Shown here piece after piece: positions 1 through 8,896 of a DNA stretch of 64,000 nucleotides. The translations under genes were made by a program, and so were the position numbers. The stretch lies in the NCBI GenBank assembly GCA_002702575.1, contig PAAJ01000018.1, positions 209,328 through 273,327 on the forward strand, given 5' to 3'. Positions within the stretch are counted from its first letter, which is position 1; each line of letters opens with the position of its first letter. This DNA comes from Phycisphaerae bacterium. Lineage in GTDB: Bacteria; Planctomycetota; Phycisphaerae; Phycisphaerales; SM1A02. Below the pieces are notes generated by a model. It worked only from the letters and a program-made list of their open reading frames with translations, made no database searches and was not told the DNA's origin.

Positions 1-1039
1 TCCTCACATGGCTCAACGAATCGAGTCCGTCCATCGCGGCCGCAGAGGACTCGTCGTCATGGATCACAATGTGGTGTCACCGCATGGATCCCACCTGTTG
101 TCCAGCTTCAATGCAGACTGGAACCTGTCTGTTCAGGAATTGGTCGCCACCGAATCCAACAAGAAACAGGAAGCCGTTTCGGGATTGCACCAGGCCTGTC
201 TCGAAGCCGGTCTTGACCGCGGATCGCTTGTGATCGGTTTCGGCGGTGGGATTACAGGTGACGTGTCTGGTTTCACGGCGGCGACATTTCTGCGTGGCAT
301 CTCGCTGGTTCTCATACCGACCACGCTCCTCGCAATGGTGGATGCAGCAGTCGGCGGCAAGACAGGCGTGAACCTTCCATTGCCCGGTGGACAGGGGTTG
401 GGAAAGAACCTGGCGGGGGCCTTCTGGCAACCTCAAGCAGTCTTGATCGATCCACTGGTCCTCAGCACACTCTCCGAACGAGATCTTCGGTGTGGTCTTG
501 CAGAGTGCATCAAGCATGGATTCATCGGTGATCCTGGACTCCTGGAACTGATTCATGAGAATCGCGATTCGATTCTGGCGGCGGATCCGCTTGCCATTAC
601 CGATCTCGTCGAACGAGCCTTGCGGGTCAAGATCGGTGTCATCGAGGAAGATGAGCGTGAAACCGGCGGGCGGGCTGCGTTGAACTTCGGCCACACCTTC
701 GGGCATGGGATGGAGTCCGTTGAACGACTGGAACTGAGACATGGCGAAGCGGTTGCGATCGGAATGATCGCAGCGACCCAATGTGCCTTCGAGCTGGGTC
801 GAGTAGGCCCGGAGATGGTTGATCAGGCTCGCGAGATCGTTCAATCCGTCGGTTTGCCGCACCAGTTACCCGAGCCCGTGGATGTTCACCAGCTGATGTC
901 CGCCATGCAATTCGACAAGAAGACGCTGGATGGCCATCTCAGGCTGGTCCTGCCAGGTGATCATGGTGTGGAGATCGTCACGGAGGTTCCCGCACAGGCG
1001 GTCGAATCAGCCTGGGCCGCGGTGGGGGCAAGCTGCTGA
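1..1039 (+). CDS. aroB: 3-dehydroquinate synthase (probably 5'-partial; first in-window ATG at 8)
   Basis: The frame is open to the window edge. Motifs GFGGGITGDVSGFTAATFLRGISLVLIPTTLLAMVDAAVGGKTGVN and HGEAVAIGM are typical of AroB. The N-terminus looks short relative to usual AroB proteins. Confidence 0.9.
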   Translation, partial: PHMAQRIESVHRGRRGLVVMDHNVVSPHGSHLLSSFNADWNLSVQELVATESNKKQEAVSGLHQACLEAGLDRGSLVIGFGGGITGDVSGFTAATFLRGISLVLIPTTLLAMVDAAVGGKTGVNLPLPGGQGLGKNLAGAFWQPQAVLIDPLVLSTLSERDLRCGLAECIKHGFIGDPGLLELIHENRDSILAADPLAITDLVERALRVKIGVIEEDERETGGRAALNFGHTFGHGMESVERLELRHGEAVAIGMIAATQCAFELGRVGPEMVDQAREIVQSVGLPHQLPEPVDVHQLMSAMQFDKKTLDGHLRLVLPGDHGVEIVTEVPAQAVESAWAAVGASC

Positions 1040-1107
1040 GCAGTGAACTGGTGGTTGTTCCAGCCCTTTCAAGCACACGGTGAAACGGGGCCGATAAGGG
1101 GGCATGG

Positions 1108-2337
1108 ATGTGCCTCGATCAGGGCACCTTCCCGGGAATCGATGCCACCGTGCGAACCATCGCGATCGTGAATCAGAAAGGCGGCTGTGGCAAGACGACC
1201 ACGGCCATCAACCTCGGAGCCGTCGCAGCGGCTCGAGGAATCCGTACGCTTGTTGTCGACATGGATCCCCAGGGCCACTGTGCGGCTGGATTGGGCGTTC
1301 CCATGGACGGCATCGAGGCGGGTGTGGTCGAGGCCATGCTGGCCAGTCAGCCAGATCCAGATGCCTTCAATCGGCTCTGGCCAGTTGGACGAAACCTGTC
1401 TTTGCTCCCCAGTACGATCATGCTCGCCTTGCAGGAATCATCCGAAGGTGAACTTTCAAGACTTGCGGACAGGGATCAGCGATTGGCGGGGGCGTTGCAG
1501 TGTCTTGCAACAGGCCATGATCTTTGCCTCATCGATTGTCCTCCCTCCATTGGTCTTCTGACCTTCAACGCCCTCCGGGCTGCCTCCGAGGCCATTGTCC
1601 CGGTCGAAACGGGTTATTTCGCACTTCAGGGGGCGCACCGCCAGCGACAGACCATCGAGGCCCTTGTCCACCGACTGAACAGACCCCTTGAGTGTCACAT
1701 GTTGCCAACCCTGCATGACCCGGGGTCCGCACTGGCAATCAAGATTCTCGCAACGCTGCGGCAGCACTTTGATGACGTCCTGATTCCTGTTCAGATTCGG
1801 GAGAACGAAGCCTTTCGAGTCGCTGCAAGCCTGGGACGTCCGGTCGTGGAGCATGCACCCGATTCCGATGCCAGACGAGACATCGAAATGCTTCTGGACT
1901 GGCTGCTGGCCCATGTCCCGCAACAGGAAGCGGCGTCGTCCATCGCGCCTGCATCTCAACCAAATTCACGCGTCGCGGAAATCGCCAAGCGAGTGGAATC
2001 CAATGAGTTGGCCACAAGTGAGCTGCCCGTTCCGGTCACCTTCGGTGTAGATGTCACCGATGCAGGCGTCCGATTCAGGCAACCGGGTGGTCCACAGCAG
2101 GTGATGGCGGTCTGCGGGGATTTCAACGGCTGGTCCATGTCTGCAACACCCATGGAATTCAATGCGGAAAAGCGACTGTTCGAAGCGACCATCCCCCTGC
2201 CACCAGGTGAGTATCGCTACCAGATCGCTGTGGATGGACGGATGCATCGGGACCCCTACAACGATTCCGAACAGTCTGATCCAGATCGTCCGGTCAGTCG
2301 TCTGGTTGTCGATTCTCCGGAGGCTCCCAGGCAATGA
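1108..2337 (+). CDS. ParA/MinD-family ATPase fused to a C-terminal CBM48 (AMPK-beta/isoamylase-N type) glucan-binding domain
   Basis: Deviant Walker A NQKGGCGKTT, A' box LVVDMDPQGH and Walker B LCLIDCPP. The C-terminal ~95 aa reads VMAVCGDFNGW...PLPPGEYRYQIAVDGRMHRDPYN, which resembles CBM48. Confidence 0.85.
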   Translation: MCLDQGTFPGIDATVRTIAIVNQKGGCGKTTTAINLGAVAAARGIRTLVVDMDPQGHCAAGLGVPMDGIEAGVVEAMLASQPDPDAFNRLWPVGRNLSLLPSTIMLALQESSEGELSRLADRDQRLAGALQCLATGHDLCLIDCPPSIGLLTFNALRAASEAIVPVETGYFALQGAHRQRQTIEALVHRLNRPLECHMLPTLHDPGSALAIKILATLRQHFDDVLIPVQIRENEAFRVAASLGRPVVEHAPDSDARRDIEMLLDWLLAHVPQQEAASSIAPASQPNSRVAEIAKRVESNELATSELPVPVTFGVDVTDAGVRFRQPGGPQQVMAVCGDFNGWSMSATPMEFNAEKRLFEATIPLPPGEYRYQIAVDGRMHRDPYNDSEQSDPDRPVSRLVVDSPEAPRQ

Positions 2338-3626
2338 GTCGATTGCGCGATGACATCGAGCAATTGACTGCAAGGCTGACAACAGCCGTCGACGCCAAGC
2401 CTGATCGACCCAGCGTGTGTGTACTGCTCATGGGCCATCTCCCTGTCCGTGCCGGACTTTGGAGACTGCCTGCCGCAAGGCGGCTTCTGCCCGATTGTGA
2501 GCAGATCCTCGTTGTTCGATGCGAGGGAGAAGAGGTGTTCCTCGAGTGCATCGGTCGTTTCGACATGGTCCTCTCGGACACCCCGGATCTCTTCGATCAG
2601 CTGCCCTCCAAGACAACGGTCGTCATCGTTCCAGAGTCCTCGACGACTGCAGACGACATCAAGGCATTCGATCCGGATTCGATCGCACTCGTGACTGCTG
2701 GTGACCAGGCAGCGACCGCCGGTGCGTATCGCATGCTCAAGAGCATGGATCTTCCAGATGGCCAGGTCGTTGATCTGGTGATCGCGGGAAGCGAGGGCGT
2801 GTCGGTCGAGGAGACGGCATCGCGGCTGCAGGAAACCGTGAGCAGGCATCTTGAGCTGACCATGAACCTCAAGGGTGAGATTCCCAGAATTGAGGCGGAT
2901 ACCGGACTGACCCAATCCACCGTGATGAAGCTGCCTGAAGGTGGTCTTCAAGCGATTGTTCGACGAGTCCGCAGAGGGATTAGGCAAACGAGCAGTGCAC
3001 GGACGGCCTCAGATCGTCTGATGTCTTCCGGAGACCTCGATCAGGCCTCGGCCATGTCGTCCTTGCCAGCATCGATGCCTCTGGAGGTCGAGCAGGACAT
3101 CCCGTCGAGCCATGATGAGGAACCCTGCGCCCGTCTTTCGCCGGTCGCGCCAGTGCCGCAATGGTCCTCTGCCGCTCCGCAGGCCGTCACCATGGCAGAA
3201 GAAGACGAACGTCATCCCGAGAAACGTACCCCGCGATCAGCCGCTGAAGATCATGTCTCCGATGCTGCAGCCGAGCTGTGTGCGCATGTGCCCGGTCTTC
3301 GCAAGTTGCCGGTTCAATGTCCCGATCATGAAGCCATCGAGTTGGCCATTGATGAAACGGGCAGCCTGCATCTCGTGACACGTTGCGAAGACGTGTTGCA
3401 TGTACCGGCCGTACTTGCGTGGATCGTGCGTCATCACACGCTGCTGGAGATGGCATTGCCTGATACCTGCTTCGGGCAGACAGCGGAGCCCGCCGTCCAC
3501 GTGTTGAGTGAAGATCTCGATGTCCTGTGTGGCCTGAGGCATTCGTCGTGGCAGCCACATCTGCTGGTACGGGTGGACCAGCAGGGACCCGCCGGCTGGA
3601 CCAGCGTTCCGCTGGGCAGCGACTGA
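2334..3626 (+). CDS. hypothetical protein, possible P-loop-less MinD/ParA-like fold with acidic/Ser-rich linker
   Basis: 430-aa ORF whose start overlaps the ParA stop (ATGA at 2334-2337). VCVLLMGHLPVRAG sits where a Walker A would be. LVTAGDQAATAGAYRMLKSM resembles the MinD/FlhG family. No confident family assignment. Confidence 0.6.
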   Translation: MSRLRDDIEQLTARLTTAVDAKPDRPSVCVLLMGHLPVRAGLWRLPAARRLLPDCEQILVVRCEGEEVFLECIGRFDMVLSDTPDLFDQLPSKTTVVIVPESSTTADDIKAFDPDSIALVTAGDQAATAGAYRMLKSMDLPDGQVVDLVIAGSEGVSVEETASRLQETVSRHLELTMNLKGEIPRIEADTGLTQSTVMKLPEGGLQAIVRRVRRGIRQTSSARTASDRLMSSGDLDQASAMSSLPASMPLEVEQDIPSSHDEEPCARLSPVAPVPQWSSAAPQAVTMAEEDERHPEKRTPRSAAEDHVSDAAAELCAHVPGLRKLPVQCPDHEAIELAIDETGSLHLVTRCEDVLHVPAVLAWIVRHHTLLEMALPDTCFGQTAEPAVHVLSEDLDVLCGLRHSSWQPHLLVRVDQQGPAGWTSVPLGSD

Positions 3627-3698
3627 CGAATCCGGCTTCTGGATGGCCAAATGGCCCACTGAATTGCCTACAGGTCTTCTGACCGTTACCGTCTCGAA

Positions 3699-4196
3699 AT
3701 GGCGACAACCAGGAAAATCAGCGAATCAGCCATGGCCGGTGCCATGGGTCGCACCTATTCGCCCATGCGGGCCAATCGCATGGCCAACAGGTGGTTGGGT
3801 CTCGTCGTGGCCTTGGTAGGTCTTGCATTGATCGGGGTCGCCTCCAGCTTGACCCCGGCTGAGGAAGGTATTGGTACCCACAAGTCTCTGGGTCTGCCGG
3901 AGTGCAACTGGATTGCGACGATGGACCTGCCGTGTCCAACCTGTGGGATGACAACCGCCTTCAGTCACACCGTACGGGGCAACTGGCTGGAAGCGATGCA
4001 GGCACAACCCCTTGGGCTGGTATTCTGCATTGTCGCCGCCATGGCGGTGCTTGGTGGACTGTGGACATTGCTGACAGGCGCCTCGGTCGGCTCACTCGTC
4101 GCAACCGTTTGGAATCGATGGTGGGTCTGGGGTCTGATCGTCCTGGCCTTGCTGGCCTGGGTATGGAAAGTGCTCTCGCACATTGGAGTCTTCTGA
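3699..4196 (+). CDS. DUF2752-like integral membrane protein
   Basis: Several hydrophobic helices and the CPTCGMTTAF motif characteristic of DUF2752. Confidence 0.6.
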   Translation: MATTRKISESAMAGAMGRTYSPMRANRMANRWLGLVVALVGLALIGVASSLTPAEEGIGTHKSLGLPECNWIATMDLPCPTCGMTTAFSHTVRGNWLEAMQAQPLGLVFCIVAAMAVLGGLWTLLTGASVGSLVATVWNRWWVWGLIVLALLAWVWKVLSHIGVF

Positions 4197-4900
4197 TGAG
4201 GATGATCACTCGAATGCTGTTGTGCCTGATGGCAGCCATGTCAGTGGTTGCGGCTGGTGGCTGCGCAATCGGTTTTCTCGGCGCGGGTCTCGCTCAGAAC
4301 TTCGAGTACCAGAAACTGATCGAAGTCCTGCCTCGATATGAGGGTCTGGAACATCGCACGGTTGCCGTGATTGTTGATGCTGATCTGGCCACGTTGTATG
4401 AGTATCCGACACTCTGTGACACGGTTGCAGCAGGTGTCACGAAGAAGCTCGGCGACAAGATCTCCGGCATTCGTCTTCTGTCCCAGCGCTATATCCGGAA
4501 CTGGCAGTTCGCCACACCTCAGTGGAATGCACTGCCCTATGGCGATATCGCCCGTCAGCTCAATGTCGACAGGGTGGTCTTGATCGACATCCAGGAGTTT
4601 CGACTGCACCCACGCGGCAATCGCTGGATGTGGGATGGTGAATGCGTGGCGATGGTGGGCATCATCGAGCGTGACAACATCGAGCCCGACGAACTTGCAG
4701 AGAACTTCCAGGTCACTGCACGGTTTCCAAAGTTGAAGGAGCTGGACAGGCAGGGCGCTTCGGAAGAAGCCATCAAGACCGGCCTGTATGTAGAGTTCAT
4801 CAAGCGTGTAGCCTGGTTGTTCTACCCGCATCTGCAACCGAAGTATCCGGATCAATACAAGCCAGACCTGGATCGCGACAATACCGATATCGAGATCTGA
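4196..4900 (+). CDS. putative lipoprotein (paralog A)
   Basis: The internal ATG at 4196 overlaps the upstream stop (TGATG). Signal peptide MRMITRMLLCLMAAMSVVAAGGC. The longer ORF from 3902 overlaps the DUF2752 gene and is rejected. Confidence 0.6.
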   Translation: MRMITRMLLCLMAAMSVVAAGGCAIGFLGAGLAQNFEYQKLIEVLPRYEGLEHRTVAVIVDADLATLYEYPTLCDTVAAGVTKKLGDKISGIRLLSQRYIRNWQFATPQWNALPYGDIARQLNVDRVVLIDIQEFRLHPRGNRWMWDGECVAMVGIIERDNIEPDELAENFQVTARFPKLKELDRQGASEEAIKTGLYVEFIKRVAWLFYPHLQPKYPDQYKPDLDRDNTDIEI

Positions 4901-4904
4901 TCAG

Positions 4905-5579
4905 ATGCCTATTCGCCCCGTCAACGTGATGCTTTCGCTTGCAGCATTGGGATCCGTTCTGATGAGTGGATGTAATGTCGCCAGTACGGTCGCCTACATC
5001 ACGACACCCAATCCTGTGATGGAAGCGCAGTATGAACTCAAGAACGAATCCACGGTCATCTTCGTCGATGATCGAAGGAGTCAAATCAGTCCAGTCAGAC
5101 TGAGACGGACGATTGGCGATGTCGCCAGTGAAGGGCTGCTCGAGGAAGAGGTGGTCAGCGATGTGATCTCACCGAGGGATGCCACCGCAGCAGCCCGTCA
5201 ATTGGACAGGGGTGCCAAGCCAGCCGCCATCAGTACCGTCGGCAGGATGGTCGGAGCCGATCAGGTGATCTACGTCGAGGTGATCCAGTTCAATCTGACA
5301 TCATCGGATGGCTACACGCCGGATCCTTATGCATCCTGTCGTGTTCGTGTGGTTGATCTTGTCGAGAAGAAACGCAAGTTCCCGGATCCGGAGGAATCGC
5401 CCGCTCATTTCGTCGAAGTCAGGCTTCCCGGGGAGCGTTCGCTTTCCATGAATGAATCGAGAGTTCGTCAGGAGCTTGGAGAGCGACTGGCAACGGAAAC
5501 GGGTCTGCAGATCGCACGACTGTTCTACGATCACGAAGTGGCCGCGATCGGGGCCAATCTGCTGTATCGAGACAAGTAG
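4905..5579 (+). CDS. putative lipoprotein (paralog B of 4196-4900)
   Basis: Signal/lipobox LAALGSVLMSGC. It shares blocks with the upstream lipoprotein: TVIFVDD/TVAVIVDAD, ADQVIYVEVIQF/VDRVVLIDIQEF and IARLFYDHE/VAWLFYPH. Confidence 0.6.
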   Translation: MPIRPVNVMLSLAALGSVLMSGCNVASTVAYITTPNPVMEAQYELKNESTVIFVDDRRSQISPVRLRRTIGDVASEGLLEEEVVSDVISPRDATAAARQLDRGAKPAAISTVGRMVGADQVIYVEVIQFNLTSSDGYTPDPYASCRVRVVDLVEKKRKFPDPEESPAHFVEVRLPGERSLSMNESRVRQELGERLATETGLQIARLFYDHEVAAIGANLLYRDK

Positions 5580-5590
5580 CGGACGTTCTC

Positions 5591-6718
5591 ATGTCGATGA
5601 CCGACTCCAGCCAGCCCATGGTGCTGCATCTTCACGATTTCGATACCTGCCCGGCACTCCTTGAGGATGTTCGTGAGATGCGTCCGCGGGATCTCTTCAT
5701 CTCCGTAGGCGATCCTGCTGCGTCGAGTGGCCCGGTGCTCTCGCCAGCTCGCAATCGAATGTTCTCCAGCGGAGACAACGGTCTGGTGAGGTTGTTGAAG
5801 CATCTCGATTCGCGGTCAGCTCGAGTTGGATGCATTCATGCGTGGGGAATGCGGAGCACGTCCATGCTGCTTCGAGCGCCGGAAGGCATCCGGCTCATCT
5901 CGACGATCGATGGTTATCGATCCGATGTCCCCGAGGCGAAGACGGTGGCGACCGTACTGCGAACAGGTCGCGTTGATTCCCTTCTAGGTTCCTGTGCGAC
6001 CCAGCGAGCCGTGGCCGACTGTCTCGGCGATGTCGTCCGCCGTACAGGGCAGGAACAGGTCGTCTGCCCGGTACTTGATCCGGATCGCATCGCCTGCCGG
6101 GATGACGATCTGAGAGCTCGATGGGGTGCCGAAAGCGGATCACTTGTCATGGGTGTGGTGGGTCGTCCGATGAACACATTGAATCTCATGGATCAATGCG
6201 GTCTCGCGGTCCGGTGCAGTCTTCTTGGTCGTCATGTTGTCATGCTCGTATCGTCGAATGCACAAAGGCGAGGAGATCTCGTCCGATGGCTGGAGGATGC
6301 CTGTCCGGAAGTCCAGCTTGTCTTCGATGATGTCATCGAGCGAACCCATGAAGTCGCCAGTTCACTTGATGTCGCCATTGCGCCTGCTGCAGTTGGTTAC
6401 AGGACACGAATCTGTGACGTTGGACCGATCATGACCATGTTGGCAGCAGGTCGTCCAGTCATTCTGGGAGACGGCCATCCCGCTGCTGAATATGCGGATC
6501 GTGAAGATCTCCTCCGGATCGGTCAATCCCATGATCAGCATGAATCGACTCGTTGGCTCATGGATCGCCTGGACAGCGGATCAGGTCAGGCGGAACGAGA
6601 TCGTGCGAAGCGTCGTTACGAGCATTTTCGTACGGTGCTGCTCAGTTCATACCCACAAGCAATGGAGGGGGCGTGTCACGATTCGAGTGGTTCGAGCAGA
6701 TCCATGGCCGCATCGTGA
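5591..6718 (+). CDS. divergent glycosyltransferase family 1-like protein
   Basis: 375-aa ORF 11 nt after the preceding gene. The C-terminal half follows the GT-B pattern (LVMGVVGR..., MLAAGRPVILGD), but the usual E-x7-E signature is not evident. Confidence 0.45.
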   Translation: MSMTDSSQPMVLHLHDFDTCPALLEDVREMRPRDLFISVGDPAASSGPVLSPARNRMFSSGDNGLVRLLKHLDSRSARVGCIHAWGMRSTSMLLRAPEGIRLISTIDGYRSDVPEAKTVATVLRTGRVDSLLGSCATQRAVADCLGDVVRRTGQEQVVCPVLDPDRIACRDDDLRARWGAESGSLVMGVVGRPMNTLNLMDQCGLAVRCSLLGRHVVMLVSSNAQRRGDLVRWLEDACPEVQLVFDDVIERTHEVASSLDVAIAPAAVGYRTRICDVGPIMTMLAAGRPVILGDGHPAAEYADREDLLRIGQSHDQHESTRWLMDRLDSGSGQAERDRAKRRYEHFRTVLLSSYPQAMEGACHDSSGSSRSMAAS

Positions 6719-7764
6719 TAGATGGATTTCAGAAGTGATTCTGGAATTGAATGGCCCTTGAGATTCGGTGAATCCAGTGGGCCGTACCGTTCTGGTTCGA
6801 CCATCATCAGATCCGGATCGGCAATCGGCGAAGGGCCGTCATAGTCGGATTCGAAGAGCGTTCGCAGGGCCCAGTAGCGGCTGGCGTAGAGATCCCACGC
6901 TTCCTCAGGTGATGTCGCCTGAGGAGGCATGTCCGGATTGTCTTCGACCGGAGGCGCGAAGTGTTCGTCCCGCGTCACGATATCGGAGCCGAAGAGAATC
7001 CTTCCCTTCCATCTTTGAAGAAAGTCGATGAAGACGTCCCGTGGATGTTTGCTCAATTCCCTGACAACCCATTTCGTTGCCGAAGTATCAAGGTAAAGAT
7101 TGTCATGGCGTTCAAGGAGACCATCAAGCATCGGAAGATTTTCCGGCCAGCCACCCATGTGTGCGGCAATCCACGGCTGCGAATAGGTGTCGAGTGCTGC
7201 TTCAAGTGATTCGTACTGTTCGAGCTTGGTTCCATAGAAACTTGAATCCGAATATCGCGTCTTGAACCATGTGTCCGGATCAGCGATATGGGTCATGAAC
7301 ATCATGCCAAGTTCACTGGCAACATCCATGACGGCTCTGCGTTCCGGGTGCGAGAGATCCAGCAGAAGACGGTCGCCTGATTCCTCTCCATAGTCACGGC
7401 CACGGGGGGCTGCCCAGAACTTGACGATTCGTGAGCCGAGACGATGAAACTCCCGGATTCGTTCCTGGTAGCCCTTGCCATGGGCGTACTTCCGATCCGG
7501 ATTGCCGAATTCAGGTGTGGCGATGAAACGAATGCGATCACCCATGATCTGCCGGACCGTCTCGACTTCCGGCAGTGGAGTCATGCTGTAGGTGAGCGTG
7601 ATACCGTATGCGGCAGCGATCTCTCGATAGCATCTCACGGCATCCGTTCCGTGGATATGGGAGTGGACATCAATGATCGGGGCCGGAGGGTGCCAGTTCT
7701 TCGGCAGCTCATGAAAGTCCAGATCGAGCAGATTGGCGGCATGGCGAGGAGTTGATTCGGGCAT
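6676..7764 (-). CDS. metal-dependent amidohydrolase (TIM-barrel)
   Basis: IIDVHSHIHG (HxH) near the N-terminus, then MFMTHIAD and LFGSDIV. Start set at the MPESTPRH ATG (7764). The upstream part of the 599-aa ORF runs antisense to the GT4 gene. Confidence 0.8.
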   Translation of the reverse strand: MPESTPRHAANLLDLDFHELPKNWHPPAPIIDVHSHIHGTDAVRCYREIAAAYGITLTYSMTPLPEVETVRQIMGDRIRFIATPEFGNPDRKYAHGKGYQERIREFHRLGSRIVKFWAAPRGRDYGEESGDRLLLDLSHPERRAVMDVASELGMMFMTHIADPDTWFKTRYSDSSFYGTKLEQYESLEAALDTYSQPWIAAHMGGWPENLPMLDGLLERHDNLYLDTSATKWVVRELSKHPRDVFIDFLQRWKGRILFGSDIVTRDEHFAPPVEDNPDMPPQATSPEEAWDLYASRYWALRTLFESDYDGPSPIADPDLMMVEPERYGPLDSPNLKGHSIPESLLKSIYHDAAMDLLEPLES

Positions 7765-7773
7765 GGTTCGGGA

Positions 7774-8886
7774 ATGATAGGGCAGCCCAATAAGCCGGAT
7801 GTGGTTCTTGTGCATGACTGGTTGGTCGGTGTGCGAGGTGCCGAGCGTGTTCTGGATCGATTCGCTCGAATCTGGGGTCCTACGGACCTCTACAGTCTGG
7901 TTCATGACGGACGCCCATTGACACCTGCCATCGACGCCTGCGACTTCCATTTGTCTCCGATGCAACACATGCCCGGCGGTGCCGGCTCGCTGCGTCGGTG
8001 GTACCTCCCGATGCTGCCGGCAATGATTGAACGATTGAAGATTCGATCGTGTGATCTCGTGCTCTCGGACAGTTCCTCTGTCGCGAAGGCCATACGGCCT
8101 CCCGAAGGCGTGCCTCATCTGTGCTATTGCCATTCGCCTGCACGATACATCTGGGAGCAAACATCGGATTACGCGACTGGTTCGATGGGAAAACTCCGTG
8201 TCGCTGGTTTGCGGGCCGTTCGTGGTCGATTTCAGAAATGGGATCGAAAAACCACACGCAGAGTCGATCGAATCCTGGCCAACAGTCGGCACATCGCAAA
8301 GCGGATCGAGCGATGTTGGGACCGCGAAGCCAAGGTGGTCTACCCTCCGGTTCGAACTCGAGAGTTCACTCCTGATTCGAATACGGACCGCGAGAACTGG
8401 TTTCTGGTCGTCGGCGCGCTCGAGCCGTACAAACGAACGGACCTCGCCATCGAGGCGGCTGTTCGGGGTGGCCATCAGCTGAAGGTCGTCGGTGGTGGCA
8501 GTCAGCTGGAATCACTGCAACGTGATCCGCCCCAGGGTGTCGAGTTTCTTGGCCGAATTCCCGACGATGAGCTGCTGTCGCTCTACCGTCGAGCGAAGGC
8601 CTTGCTGTTTCCTCAGGAAGAGGACTTCGGCATCGTTGCGGTTGAGGCCCAGTCATGTGGCTGCCCCGTGATCGCCTTGGCGAGGGGTGGTGCGATGGAG
8701 ATCGTGCGGGAGGATACCGGGTTGTTCGTCGGGGATCAGACAGCGAACGCATTTGCGGATGCGATGACGGAAGCGACTCGATGGTCGATTCAATCCGATG
8801 CCTGTCGTGAGAATGCCGAGCGTTTTTCGTGCGAGGTCTTCGACCAGGCCATGCAGGATGAAGTGAATCAGATGATCGGTACCTGA
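7774..8886 (+). CDS. glycosyltransferase family 4 (GT-B)
   Basis: VVLVHDWLVGVRGAERV at the N-terminus and the EDFGIVAVEAQSCGCPVIA motif. Divergent from the amidohydrolase gene. Confidence 0.8.
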   Translation: MIGQPNKPDVVLVHDWLVGVRGAERVLDRFARIWGPTDLYSLVHDGRPLTPAIDACDFHLSPMQHMPGGAGSLRRWYLPMLPAMIERLKIRSCDLVLSDSSSVAKAIRPPEGVPHLCYCHSPARYIWEQTSDYATGSMGKLRVAGLRAVRGRFQKWDRKTTRRVDRILANSRHIAKRIERCWDREAKVVYPPVRTREFTPDSNTDRENWFLVVGALEPYKRTDLAIEAAVRGGHQLKVVGGGSQLESLQRDPPQGVEFLGRIPDDELLSLYRRAKALLFPQEEDFGIVAVEAQSCGCPVIALARGGAMEIVREDTGLFVGDQTANAFADAMTEATRWSIQSDACRENAERFSCEVFDQAMQDEVNQMIGT

Positions 8887-8896
8887 TTGCAGGGCT

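Noticed and set aside
7765-8475. N-terminal 237-aa extension of the amidohydrolase ORF (599-aa version).
   Set aside because: The extension lies antisense to the well-supported GT4 gene and has no amidohydrolase homology. The conserved domain begins right after the internal ATG at 7764.
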